NCBI GenBank assembly: GCA_963760795.1 | Contig: CAVXEP010000032.1 | Coordinates: forward strand, 288,001 to 352,000 | DNA from: an uncultured delta proteobacterium | Lineage (GTDB): Bacteria; Desulfobacterota; Binatia; UBA9968 | DNA: 64,000 bases | Reading direction: 5' to 3' | In this document: positions 10,251 through 22,970 of the stretch, piece by piece | Numbering within the stretch: the stretch's first letter is position 1 | Layout: each line of letters starts with the position of its first letter | Notes under the pieces: generated by a model | The model's database searches: none | Told to the model about the DNA's origin: nothing | What the model saw: the letters and a program-made list of their open reading frames with translations, nothing else | Program-made: the position numbers and the translations under genes

Positions 10251-10985
10251 TTATGCAGAGCCTTCGCCGCGCGCTTTTTCAGCGATGTGCATGCATACCG
10301 CACCGTTTAGGAATTTACGCAGGGCGACCTGGGCAAAGCCGGCTTGGCGAATCTTATCGCAAACCACTTCCGGCGGATGAAATTGGCGCACCGAGTCGGA
10401 GAGGTAGAGGTAGGCACTGCGGTCGCCGGCGAGCAAGCCGCCGATCCACGGCATCACGCGATAAAAATAGACGCAATAGAGCGGCGAGAACCAATTCTTT
10501 TGCGGCGGAAACATATCTAAAGTCACTAATTTGCCGCCGGGCTTGAGGACTCGATAAGCCTCGGTAAAAAATCCGCCGAGATCCGATACGTTGCGCAGAA
10601 CGAAAGCGCTCATGGCGCCATCGAAGGCGGCGCTTTTGAAAGGCGACGCCATGGCGCTGCCCTGCACGAACGTAGTACGCCCACTGATTGGCTGTTGCGC
10701 GCGCTTGGCTTGCGCCAGGTGCAGCATGTTCAGGGAAAAATCGAGGCCGACGATGCGGGCATTGCCTCGAGCGCTTTTCATGGCGCTAAAGACCATATCT
10801 CCGGTGCCGGTGCCGAGATCGACGATCAGCGGCGCGTTACCCTGGACAAGGATTTCGATCGCTTGCTTGCGCCACCAATTATCGAGCTTGAAGCTGATGA
10901 CGCGATTGAGCAGATCGTAGCGGCCGGCGATCCGGTCGAACATTCCCTGAACCGCTTGGTCGCGCGGATGGCTTTGGACGGACAT
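10251..10985 (-). CDS. menG: Demethylmenaquinone methyltransferase (UbiE/MenG)
   Basis: MFDRIAGRYDLLN, DLGTGTGD, FVLRNV, RVLKPGG, YLYLSDS. Confidence 0.92.
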   Translation of the reverse strand: MSVQSHPRDQAVQGMFDRIAGRYDLLNRVISFKLDNWWRKQAIEILVQGNAPLIVDLGTGTGDMVFSAMKSARGNARIVGLDFSLNMLHLAQAKRAQQPISGRTTFVQGSAMASPFKSAAFDGAMSAFVLRNVSDLGGFFTEAYRVLKPGGKLVTLDMFPPQKNWFSPLYCVYFYRVMPWIGGLLAGDRSAYLYLSDSVRQFHPPEVVCDKIRQAGFAQVALRKFLNGAVCMHIAEKARGEGSA

Positions 10986-11048
10986 GAATTGAAATGCAAA
11001 TCGGCATTGGTCCGCAGCGAAGTCGCCGGCACAAGCCGTTGTGGCTTT

Positions 11049-11987
11049 CTAAAAGTCTCGATCGATGATGAGTTGAACCAGGGTTTTCAAACCGTTTCGG
11101 TACTGCGAAGGGGGGAGTTTTCGAATTGACTTTAACGCGTCCTGTGCGGCATTTTTGGCCAAGGCCTTGGCCTCGGCGATGGCCGGACCGCTTTTGATCG
11201 CTTGTATGGCTCGGTCGATTTGCGCTTCGGACGGGTTGTCGCAATCGAACGCCGCGCATACTGCTGGGTCGCTATATTTGAGCGCCAAGATGATTGGCAA
11301 CGCCGGATTGCCATCGCGCAGGTCCATGCCGATCGGCTTGCCGAGAAGATCCGGGTGGCCGACCACATCGAGAATGTCGTCGACCATCTGGAAGGCGATG
11401 CCCATGTTCAGGCCATACCGTTCGGTCTCGTCGATCATGGCTTGGCTCGCCCCCGCAAGATAGGCGCCCACTTTAGTGCCGGTGTGAAATAGCGAGGCGG
11501 TTTTGCGCTTGACGATTTCGATATAGTCGTCAAGGGTCACAGCGCGATTGCGATTGAAATGACTTTGCAGAATCTCGCCTTCGGTTAACAATGTGCAGGC
11601 ATCGGCGGTCCACTGCACCACGGTTTCATCGAACTTGCCAGCGAATTCAAAAGCTTTGATGAACAGAAAGTCGCCGGCGACCAGCGTCGATTTCAAGCCG
11701 AATTTTTTATAAGCCGAAACCTTGCCGCGGCGGGTATCCGCGCCATCGATAATATCGTCATGGAGCAACGTCGCGGTGTGAATCAACTCGATGGCCGTGG
11801 CAATATCGACGATGTCTCGAACCCGATTGCCGCCGAAGGCGGCGTAGGCGAGGAGTGTCACCATCGGCCGTACGCGCTTACCGCCGCCGATGATCAGGTG
11901 ACCGGAGATGTCGGTGAGTTGCTGTTCGCGCGAGCGGATCGCCCGCGTGAGATTTGCTTCGACGAGATTGAGTTCGTCAGCTGACAT
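11049..11987 (-). CDS. Long-chain polyprenyl diphosphate synthase (IspB/HepT family); true start probably upstream across a frameshift
   Basis: GGKRVRP, LLHDDIID, AFQMVDD motifs. Confidence 0.92.
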   Translation of the reverse strand: MSADELNLVEANLTRAIRSREQQLTDISGHLIIGGGKRVRPMVTLLAYAAFGGNRVRDIVDIATAIELIHTATLLHDDIIDGADTRRGKVSAYKKFGLKSTLVAGDFLFIKAFEFAGKFDETVVQWTADACTLLTEGEILQSHFNRNRAVTLDDYIEIVKRKTASLFHTGTKVGAYLAGASQAMIDETERYGLNMGIAFQMVDDILDVVGHPDLLGKPIGMDLRDGNPALPIILALKYSDPAVCAAFDCDNPSEAQIDRAIQAIKSGPAIAEAKALAKNAAQDALKSIRKLPPSQYRNGLKTLVQLIIDRDF

Positions 11988-12270
11988 AGCTGAACGGATC
12001 GTTGAGTCCCGTCAGTAGCGGGATTTTCCGTTCACCATCGGACGGTGCGGCCGATTTCGCCGTCAGCGTCCCAGATTCGCTCTCTTGGATCAGATAATCT
12101 CCACGGGCCGGCCAGAAAAGATAGCAGGGAAAATGTCATAGATCCCTAGTCAGGTCAAGCTAATCGTGATGGTCACACCGACGCTTGCGCTGTGTCGATC
12201 GCTGCCGGCGCATGGGGCCTGGTGCGGCGCTGGGAAACTTCTCGCCTAACCCGAAAGACGTGAATATTCC

Positions 12271-12300
12271 TTGACAAAAATGACCATCCCCGAATATATA
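12271..12300 (+). promoter_or_regulatory. Putative sigma-70 promoter for the PuuD-like gene
   Basis: TTGACA, then 18 bp, then TATATA. Confidence 0.55.
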
Positions 12301-12372
12301 AACGCAACATACCGATTCGGTTTGTTTGTCAACCATACAGTTCAAACGATACGACAAAAGGAGAGATGAGCG

Positions 12373-13071
12373 ATGCATGAATTTACTTTATTTTTCTTGC
12401 GGTGGATTCATTTTCTAGCCGGCGTGACTTGGATTGGAATTCTTTATTATTTCAATTTTGTCCAGACCCCGTTTTTTGCCGAAACCGAAGCGCCCGTGCG
12501 TGTCGGGGCGATTCAAAAACTCTTGCCGCGTGCTTTGTGGTGGTTTCGCTGGGGCGCGATGGTTACGTTCCTGGCCGGTATTTTGATCTATATCATGCGC
12601 CTCGGTGAGATGGGCGGCAGTGTGTTCTTTGCATCGCCCTACGGCGTGACGATTACCGTGGGCGGACTGATGGGAACCCTGATGTTTCTCAATGTTTGGC
12701 TGGTGATTTGGCCCAACCAGCAGATCGTCATGGCTTCGACCAATCAGGTTGCTTCTGGCGGACAAGCGTTGCCGGCGGCGGCGGGAGCGGGTCGGCGCGC
12801 GGCTCTGACATCCAGAACCAATACAGTGTTTTCAATTCCCATGCTCTTCTTCATGGGCGCCGCCAGTCATTACGGTGCCATGGTCCATCAAACGGATTCC
12901 CGTGCAGTCTACTGGTTGGTGGTCATTGTGATTATCGCGGCGGTCGAAGCGAACGCTTTGGTCGGCACCCAAGGCGCAACCAAAAAGCCCTTAGACTCCG
13001 TCAGCGGCGCCCTGTGGTTCGGTTTTCTCTTGACCGGGATTATTTTCTTGTTAACGCTCGCGCTGACCTAA
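12373..13071 (+). CDS. Urate hydroxylase PuuD-family membrane protein (Urate_ox_N domain only)
   Basis: RWIHFLAGVTWIGILYYFN, WWFRWGA, MFLNVWLVIWPNQ, SRTNT, SHY motifs. Confidence 0.8.
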   Translation: MHEFTLFFLRWIHFLAGVTWIGILYYFNFVQTPFFAETEAPVRVGAIQKLLPRALWWFRWGAMVTFLAGILIYIMRLGEMGGSVFFASPYGVTITVGGLMGTLMFLNVWLVIWPNQQIVMASTNQVASGGQALPAAAGAGRRAALTSRTNTVFSIPMLFFMGAASHYGAMVHQTDSRAVYWLVVIVIIAAVEANALVGTQGATKKPLDSVSGALWFGFLLTGIIFLLTLALT

Positions 13072-13080
13072 GCGTTCACT

Positions 13081-13420
13081 CTACTTCGTCAGATAAGCGG
13101 CCAAATAAGGTATCTCTTCTTTCAGAAATGGGAATTGGGGCATGACCTTAGTTGGCCGCTTCGGTTTATAGTTGGGCGGATAGCTGGTGGAGAGCACTCG
13201 GGCTTCGAGTAGTTCTTTGGATGAGCCGGCGATCGCCGGGCCGATGGAACCGTCCTTCGGATGGGTCGTTGTTATGGCAAGCGACGCAGTTTGCCAGATA
13301 AACACCCCTGCCTCGTTGCCAATCCGAATTTTTCTCTGAAGTTTGATCGCTATCTTTTGAACAGCCGGCGACGGTGGTCAGGAGTAGGGCGGCGACGATG
13401 AACTGGCCGATCCAAGGCAT
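13081..13420 (-). CDS. Monoheme cytochrome c lipoprotein (frameshift near 13260)
   Basis: Signal peptide with VAGC lipobox, CVACH heme motif, GSIGP, and distal Met (KVMP) after joining two ORFs. Confidence 0.82.
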
Positions 13421-13599
13421 GAGAGGCTCCCACTAATTACAGCGATGATTCACCGCAGCTTTGCTGCTCCCTCGCAATCGTATTGTGCGCCCAGGCGGTT
13501 TAGCCCCAGGAGAAGCGTGGCCGGACTACCGCGACGTTTCTTGGCAGGATGAAAGCGGCGAACGTTAGAGAATCGCTGACTTGTATGTTAAATATTTGT

Positions 13600-13686
13600 T
13601 GGTGCGAAAGGGGGGAATCGAACCCCCACGGCTGTTACCCCACAGGATTCTGAGTCCTGCGCGTCTACCAATTCCGCCACTTTCGC
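13600..13686 (-). tRNA. tRNA-Leu (CAG)
   Basis: Reverse complement GCGAAAGTGGCGGAATTGGTAGACGCG-CAGGA-CTCAGAA-TCCTG, long variable arm, GGTTCGATTCC, ends CCA. Confidence 0.95.
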
Positions 13687-13764
13687 GCACTAGCTCGATG
13701 ACAACCATATGTTTCTAACTTGGGGGTATGGGGTTGTCAAGATTGGTGAGCGTGATTGGCCGAG

Positions 13765-14264
13765 ATGAGTCGATTATTAGTCATAGAATCCGAACCTTAT
13801 GCTGCGTTATGCAGTGGCCGTGGCGCTGACGCCGGATCATGGGATTCAGTTTTTCGATTCGCTGCCCGAATCATCGGCGTTAGAAGATGTCGATGCGGTA
13901 ATCGTCGATGCGGCGACGTTGCGGTTGGGTGAGAATCCGCCGCTGTTAGACTTCAAAGCCATTGAACGTTGGCAAGTTCCGACGGTGTGGATCGATGACA
14001 GGGAACTGTCTGTGCCGCCGGCGCGCGCCAATTGGGTAAATCTAAAACCGCCGGTGCAACGCGATCAGTTGCACAAAGCGCTGTTCGAGTGTCTCAAGCC
14101 ACCGGCAGGAGCGCCGCCGGCAGCAAGAAAGATCGAACCCCGCGCCGCGGCGCCGGTAAAGGCGCGCGGCAAGAAAAGCGAAGAAGTCTGCTGCTGCGCC
14201 GCCAGCTGCAGACAACGTAATTGAATTGGTCGACGTGGTGGAAGACGAGGAAGAAAACAGCTGA
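13765..14264 (+). CDS. Hypothetical protein: degenerate receiver-like domain, Pro/Ala linker, acidic tail (about two frameshifts)
   Basis: Joined reading [21 protein letters not shown]...DAVIVD...VPTVWID...[16 protein letters not shown]. Confidence 0.6.
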
Positions 14265-14283
14265 GCTCCAGGATTAGACAAAA

Positions 14284-17054
<2,771 letters not shown>

Positions 17055-17058
17055 TTTT

Positions 17059-17907
17059 ATGGACATCCATGTCAGCCCACAGATTGAAAGGTTGATTCGC
17101 GACGCGCTGGACGAAGATATCGGTGCCGGCGATCTGGCCACCATGGCGACGATATCGGCCGACGCGCGGGGCAAGGGACTGTTCCGCGCCAAGAAGGACG
17201 GCGTGGCCGCCGGTTTGGTGCTGCTCGACCGGATTTTTTATTTCATCGATCATCGAGTCGAGGTTCGTTTGCTGGTCAAAGACGGCAGTCCAGTGAAGTC
17301 GGGTACTGTGGTCGCCGAAGTCATTGGACCGGTGCGCGCGTTGCTCCTGGGCGAGCGCACGGCGCTGAATTTCTTGCAACAACTGTCTGGCACGGCTACT
17401 TTGACAAGAAAGTTGGTCGATGCGGTCAAAGGTTTTCCCTGCAAAGTCCTCGATACGCGCAAGACCACGCCGGGTCTGCGAACCTTACAGAAGTACGCCG
17501 TGCGCATGGGCGGCGGCACCAATCATCGCATCGGTCTCTATGACGCCGCCCTGGTTAAGGATAATCATATCGAAGCCACCGGCTCCATCGCCGAAGCGGT
17601 GAAAGCGGTGCGCCGCAACGCGCCGTTCATGGCCAAAGTCGAAGTCGAGGCGGGCAATCTAAAACAAGTGCAGGAAGCTATCGATGCCGGCGCCGATGTC
17701 ATCATGCTCGACAACATGAACTTGGCGCAGATGGCCGAAGCGGTGAAGCTAATTAACAAGCGGGCCGGCGTCGAAGCTTCGGGCGGCATTACTTTGGAAT
17801 CGATTCGCCAAGTCGCGGAAACCGGTGTCGATTTTATTTCCTCCGGCGCGCTCACCCATTCGGCGCCGGTGGTCGACTTCAACATGAAAATCACCATGAA
17901 TGTCTGA
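17059..17907 (+). CDS. nadC: Quinolinate phosphoribosyltransferase
   Basis: ERTALN, DTRKTTPG, HRIGL, KDNH, IMLDN motifs. Confidence 0.96.
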   Translation: MDIHVSPQIERLIRDALDEDIGAGDLATMATISADARGKGLFRAKKDGVAAGLVLLDRIFYFIDHRVEVRLLVKDGSPVKSGTVVAEVIGPVRALLLGERTALNFLQQLSGTATLTRKLVDAVKGFPCKVLDTRKTTPGLRTLQKYAVRMGGGTNHRIGLYDAALVKDNHIEATGSIAEAVKAVRRNAPFMAKVEVEAGNLKQVQEAIDAGADVIMLDNMNLAQMAEAVKLINKRAGVEASGGITLESIRQVAETGVDFISSGALTHSAPVVDFNMKITMNV

Positions 17908-18736
17908 GCCCAAGGTGGTTTCATCGGCGCAGGATACCGAGCCAGGCTCCCTCGACATTGCCCAGATTACCCAGGGCCTGGGCGCCAGCCGCTTGGCTAC
18001 TATCATTCACTATTTTCCCGAGATCGGTTCGACTAACAGCTACGCCAAGGAGCGCGCCGAGTCTGGCGCCGGCGAGGGAGAGGTGGTGGTCGCTGAATCC
18101 CAGAGCCAAGGGCGCGGCCGCTTGGGGCGGCGCTGGGAATCGCCACCTTTCGCCAATCTCTACGTCTCGATCTTACTTCGTCCGAAACTTTCCCCGGCCC
18201 ATGTGGCGCAGATTACATTGATGGCGGCGGTAGCCCTGGCTGAAGTGGTCGAGGGATTCGTCCCGGAGAAGCCCGCGATCAAATGGCCCAACGATATTCT
18301 CATCGGCGGCAAAAAACTCGCCGGCATACTCACCGAAGCGGCGTGCTCGGCCGAGCGCGTGGAATACGTGATTTTGGGCATCGGTGTCAATCTCAACTAC
18401 GCTTGTTCGGCGATGCCGGAGGAGATTCGCCGGCGCGCCACTTCGGTGCTGGAGGCGGCCGGCCGGCCGGTGCAGCGGGAAAGCTTTCTGCAACGATTGA
18501 TTCAAGGTATCGAGCGGTGTTATGGAGAGCTTGAACAAGCTGGCTTCGATGCTTTGGCGGCCCGTTGGGAGAGTTATTTCGCCTGGCGCGGGCGGCGCGT
18601 ACGGGTCGAGTTGCTCGATCAAGTGACCACCGGAACTGCCAGAGGCATCGATCGCGATGGCGCCCTGATAATCGTTGATGACGGCGGCGTCGCGCACAGA
18701 ATTCTCGCCGGCGATGTAATTTTAGCGGAGAATTGA
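17900..18736 (+). CDS. birA: Biotin-protein ligase without N-terminal HTH
   Basis: [23 protein letters not shown] motifs. Confidence 0.93.
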   Translation: MSEPKVVSSAQDTEPGSLDIAQITQGLGASRLATIIHYFPEIGSTNSYAKERAESGAGEGEVVVAESQSQGRGRLGRRWESPPFANLYVSILLRPKLSPAHVAQITLMAAVALAEVVEGFVPEKPAIKWPNDILIGGKKLAGILTEAACSAERVEYVILGIGVNLNYACSAMPEEIRRRATSVLEAAGRPVQRESFLQRLIQGIERCYGELEQAGFDALAARWESYFAWRGRRVRVELLDQVTTGTARGIDRDGALIIVDDGGVAHRILAGDVILAEN

Positions 18737-18746
18737 CACGCACTTC

Positions 18747-19523
18747 ATGCTGCTTGCCATCGACATCGGTAACACCAACATCGTTCTTGGCCTCTATGAA
18801 GGCAAGAAACTCATCACCCACTGGCGCTTGGCGACCCAAGCGGAACGCACCGCCGATGAGTATGGCGTAATCTTAACCCAGCTGGTCGAGCATGGCGGTT
18901 TTCGCTGCGCGCAAATCTCGGCCATCGCGGTTTCCTGCGTGGTGCCGCCCATGCTCACCACGACGCAAGAATTCGCCACTAGGTTTTTCGATCGCGAGCC
19001 TCTCTTCGTCGGCCCCGGAATCAAAACCGGCATGCCGATTCTTTACGAGAACCCCAAGGATGTCGGCGCCGACCGCATCGTCAATGGAATCGCCGCCTAC
19101 GAAAAATATCGTGACGCTTGCATCGTCGTCGATTTCGGCACGGCTACGACCATCGATCTGATCTCCCCAAAAGGCGAATACATCGGCGGCGCGATCGCGC
19201 CCGGCCTGTCGATTTCCCTCGAAGCGCTGGTGCAGCGGGCGTCGAAGCTGCCGCGCATCGAAATCATCAAGCCCAAAGAGGTGGTCGGGCGCAATACCGT
19301 CAATTCGATTCAGGCGGGAATTTTCTACGGTTATGTCGGGCTGGTCGACGGCCTGGTCAAGCGCATTCAAAAGGAGCAGAACGTCCGGGTCAAGGTCGTC
19401 GCCACCGGCGGCCTGGCGCCGTTGGTGGCGTCGGAGTGCGCGACCATTGACGAGGTCGACGAATTTTTAACTCTTGACGGCCTGCGCATCATCCATGAAA
19501 GGAATGCAGTAACGAGGCAATAA
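18747..19523 (+). CDS. coaX: Type III pantothenate kinase
   Basis: [26 protein letters not shown] motifs. Confidence 0.95.
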   Translation: MLLAIDIGNTNIVLGLYEGKKLITHWRLATQAERTADEYGVILTQLVEHGGFRCAQISAIAVSCVVPPMLTTTQEFATRFFDREPLFVGPGIKTGMPILYENPKDVGADRIVNGIAAYEKYRDACIVVDFGTATTIDLISPKGEYIGGAIAPGLSISLEALVQRASKLPRIEIIKPKEVVGRNTVNSIQAGIFYGYVGLVDGLVKRIQKEQNVRVKVVATGGLAPLVASECATIDEVDEFLTLDGLRIIHERNAVTRQ

Positions 19524-19567
19524 CGAAAATAGTCAACCGGCAGAATTTGTAAGGAGGAATCCTTTTT

Positions 19568-21679
19568 ATGGCTGCAACCGAGTTCGATAAACTGCGTAAC
19601 GTCGGCATCCTGGGTCAGGGAGGTTCAGGGAAGACCTCTTTAGGCGAGGCGATGTTGTTTGCCGCGGGGGCGACTCAGCGGCTGGGCAAGGTCCTAGACG
19701 GCACTTCGGTGCTCGATTATGAGCCGGAAGAGATCAAACATCGGGTCACGATCTCGACGGCGTTTCACTCCTTGGCTTGGAAGAAACATGGCATCACGTT
19801 GATCGACACGCCGGGCTACGCGGCGTTTCTGGCCGACTCGGTCAACAGCATCCGCGCCATGGGCGTTGCCGTGTTCGTGCTCAATCCCAGCGTCGGCGTG
19901 CGTGTCGAATCGGAGCGCTTATGGGCGCGCGCTAATGACGAGGGTGTGAGCCGTTTGTTGTTTGTCAGTAAGATGGATCACGAGCAGGCCAATATCCGCG
20001 AACGCATCGCCCCCATGCTGGAAACTCTGGAAGCCAAGGGGCTTTACTTGCAGATGCCGATCGGAACCGAGCTCGGCTTCAAGGGAGTCGTCGATCTCTT
20101 GTCGATGAAGGCGTTTATCTACGAGGGCGACACGGGCAAATATGCCGAAGCCGATATCCCCGCCGAGCTCAAGGAGGAGGCGGACGAGTGGCGCGAGAAA
20201 TTGATCGAGGAGATTTCCGAACTCGACGACGCGTTGATCGAGAAGTATCTCGACGGTAAAGAGTTTTCTATCGATGAAATGAAAAAGGCCATCCGTGACG
20301 CCACCCGGGAGCGGCGGGCGTTTCCGATCCTGTTCGGTGCGCCGCTGCGCCAGATCGGCGTAGCGCAATTGCTCGATGCGGTAATCGACTATTTGCCTGC
20401 GCCTCTCGATGAGACGGCGTCTGAAGGCAAGAATCCGGCGAACGGCGAAACGCTTACGCGCAAACATGATCCCGACGCGCCGTTTTCGGCCTATGTATTT
20501 AAGACCGTGATCGATCCGTTCGCCGGCAAACTGTCGATCCTGCGCGTGCTCTCGGGCAAGCTCACCTCCGACCTGACGGCCTATGTGCCGAACCGGCAAA
20601 TTCGCGAAAAGGTCGGCCATATATTTCGCCTCGAAGGCAAGAAGCAGGAGGCGGTCAAGGAAGCACTGGCCGGCGAGATCGTTGCTGTCGCCAAGTTCAA
20701 GGACGTCGCCACCGGCGATACGCTGTGCGACGAAAAGGCGCCGATTCAATACGACGGACCGGTGCACTTCACGCCCAACATTTCCTTTGCCTTGGAACCG
20801 AAGAGCAAAGCCGACGAAGATAAGCTGCCCAATGGTTTGCACCGCATGCGCGAGGAAGATCAGACCATCGAACTGCATCGCGACGAGGAGACCCGCGATT
20901 TTATTTTATCCGGCATGGGCCAGCAGCATGTTGAAATCGCCGTCGAGAAATTGAAACGCAAATATGGCGCCGAGGTCGTGCTCAAAGCGCCCAAGGTGCC
21001 GTACAAAGAAACCATTCGCGGCAGCGCCAGCGCCCAAGGCCGACAAAAAAAACAGACCGGCGGCCACGGCCAGTTTGGCGATACCTGGATCAAAGTCGAA
21101 CCGCTGCCCCATGGCGCCGGTTTTGAATTCGTCGACAAGATCGTCGGCGGCGCGATCCCGCGCAATTATATCCCGGCGGTGGAGAAGGGGATTAGAGAGG
21201 CGATGGCGGGCGGCTACCTGGCCGGTTATCCCATGGTCGATGTTAGGGCGACGCTCTATGACGGCTCCTATCATGATGTCGATTCTTCGGATATGGCGTT
21301 TAAAATCGCCGCGTCCATGGGATTTAGAAATGCCGTCGAGAAAGCCAAACCGGTGCTGCTCGAACCGATCATGAATATGGAAGTGTCGGTGCCCGACGAA
21401 TGCATGGGCGACGTCATCGGCGATCTCAACAGCCGGCGCGGCAAGGTGGTGGGTATGGAGACCAAGGGCCACACCCAGGTCATCAAATCCAAAGTGCCGA
21501 TGGCGGAGGTGCTCAAGTACGCCGCCGATCTACGCGCCATCACCAGTGGCCGCGGTGAGTTTCACCTGGAGTTCGCACACTATGAAGAGATGCCGGCGCA
21601 TTTGGCGGAGAGAGTCGTTAAGGAAGCAAGCGCGCGCAAGATGGCCGAACACGACGGTGGCATCAAGGCCCACGGTTAA
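19568..21679 (+). CDS. fusA: Elongation factor G paralogue (EF-G2-like)
   Basis: Five-domain EF-G architecture with variant G motifs (GQGGSGKT, DTPGY, SKMD); not in an str operon. Confidence 0.88.
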   Translation: MAATEFDKLRNVGILGQGGSGKTSLGEAMLFAAGATQRLGKVLDGTSVLDYEPEEIKHRVTISTAFHSLAWKKHGITLIDTPGYAAFLADSVNSIRAMGVAVFVLNPSVGVRVESERLWARANDEGVSRLLFVSKMDHEQANIRERIAPMLETLEAKGLYLQMPIGTELGFKGVVDLLSMKAFIYEGDTGKYAEADIPAELKEEADEWREKLIEEISELDDALIEKYLDGKEFSIDEMKKAIRDATRERRAFPILFGAPLRQIGVAQLLDAVIDYLPAPLDETASEGKNPANGETLTRKHDPDAPFSAYVFKTVIDPFAGKLSILRVLSGKLTSDLTAYVPNRQIREKVGHIFRLEGKKQEAVKEALAGEIVAVAKFKDVATGDTLCDEKAPIQYDGPVHFTPNISFALEPKSKADEDKLPNGLHRMREEDQTIELHRDEETRDFILSGMGQQHVEIAVEKLKRKYGAEVVLKAPKVPYKETIRGSASAQGRQKKQTGGHGQFGDTWIKVEPLPHGAGFEFVDKIVGGAIPRNYIPAVEKGIREAMAGGYLAGYPMVDVRATLYDGSYHDVDSSDMAFKIAASMGFRNAVEKAKPVLLEPIMNMEVSVPDECMGDVIGDLNSRRGKVVGMETKGHTQVIKSKVPMAEVLKYAADLRAITSGRGEFHLEFAHYEEMPAHLAERVVKEASARKMAEHDGGIKAHG

Positions 21680-21687
21680 GTGTCCTG

Positions 21688-21906
21688 ATGGCAGAATCCT
21701 ACGGTCAATTCAATGCCAGTTTGCTCTACTGCAATAAGTGCGGCCAGGCGATGCCGGTGCGCCAGCGTTTATTGCTGGTATTACCCGACGGTGAGATGTA
21801 CGACTACACCTGTCAGCGCTGCAATAGTTCGGTCGGTTCGAAAACCGAGAAAGCCGGTGTGAATCCAAACAGCGGCGGCGCAAAATCTCGCTTAGGAGGA
21901 CTTTGA
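21688..21906 (+). CDS. Small zinc-ribbon protein
   Basis: CNKC...CQRC pair in 72 aa, tightly packed between neighbours. Confidence 0.7.
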   Translation: MAESYGQFNASLLYCNKCGQAMPVRQRLLLVLPDGEMYDYTCQRCNSSVGSKTEKAGVNPNSGGAKSRLGGL

Positions 21907-22941
21907 CGATGGCAGTGATCGATTCCGATGCCCATGTGCTCGAGACCGAACATACCTGGGATTACATGTTGGAGTCTGAGCGGTCGCTCAAACCTCGGAT
22001 CGTCCCGACACCCAACGACCCAAGCTCGGGCGGTGAATCCTGGTTGATCGACGGCACCTATCTCGGCAAAGCGCGCAACGTCGGCGCCGATACTTCCCGT
22101 GAAGCGCGCGAGATGGAGGATATCAACGCCCGCCTTCGCCATATGGACGAGCTCAATATCGATATCCAAGTGTTATATCCGACGGTTTTCCTCCGGCCGT
22201 TTACGCGCCGTCCGGAGGTCGAACTCGGGGTCACGCGCAGCTACAACCGCTGGCTTGTCGATATCTGGAAAAAAGCTCCCGAGCGGCTCCGTTGGGTGGC
22301 GGTGTTGCCGTTGCTGTCCATGGACAAAGCCTTGGAAGAAGCGCGCTTCGCCAAGGCAAACGGCGCCTGCGGCATTTTTATCCGCGGCCTCGAAGGCGAC
22401 AAACGGCTGCATGATGACTATTTTTATCCGCTCTACGAGGAAGCCGGCAAACTCGACCTGCCGGTGTGCGTGCATTCTGCCACCGGCAGTTTTGCCGTGC
22501 ATGATTATTTCGCCGACGAGTGCGGCTTCAACCGTTTCAAGCTCGCCGTGGTCGGTTCGTTTCATTCGCTGATCTTTCTACAAGATTCCGGAAAAATTTC
22601 CCAAGACCAAATGGGCGTTTATCGAGGTCAGCGCCCAGTGGGTGCCCTACGCGATTCACGATTACGCCCGGCGCTTCGAGCGCAGCGGCAGCGCCAAGAT
22701 CGACAAATCTCAAGTGCTGCGCAAGAACAAAATCTGGGTGGCCTGCCAGACCGATGACGACCTGCCCTACGTGCTAAAATATTCCGGCGACGACATGCTG
22801 GTGATCGGCACCGATTACGGCCACAACGATACTTCGTCGGAGATTCTGGCGCTGCGTAAACTCAAAGAAGACGGGACGATTCCGACCCCGGTGGTGAACC
22901 GGATTCTCGACGACAACGCGCGCGCGTTATACGGCTTATAG
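21903..22941 (+). CDS. Amidohydrolase-2 family protein (frameshift near 22580)
   Basis: DSDAH, YNRWL, VCVH, GTDYGH, NARALYG across two ORFs. Confidence 0.88.
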
Positions 22942-22970
22942 AATAGCTTTTCAGGAGCGGCAGCTTTAGC

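Noticed and set aside
11980-12095. In-frame TGA upstream of the polyprenyl synthase as possible selenocysteine or readthrough
   Set aside because: The upstream reading (…DPFSYV) joins the gene in a different frame, so this is an indel rather than a recoded stop.
5479-13686. Segment between tRNA-Met and tRNA-Leu as a tRNA-anchored genomic island
   Set aside because: No integrase and no duplicated tRNA 3' end were seen, and the content is housekeeping.
19919-20878. Long antisense or alternate-frame ORFs (this one, 36694-37623, 34834-35688, 56881-57627 and others)
   Set aside because: They are shadows of well-supported genes, as expected from high-GC codon bias, and carry no recognisable motifs.
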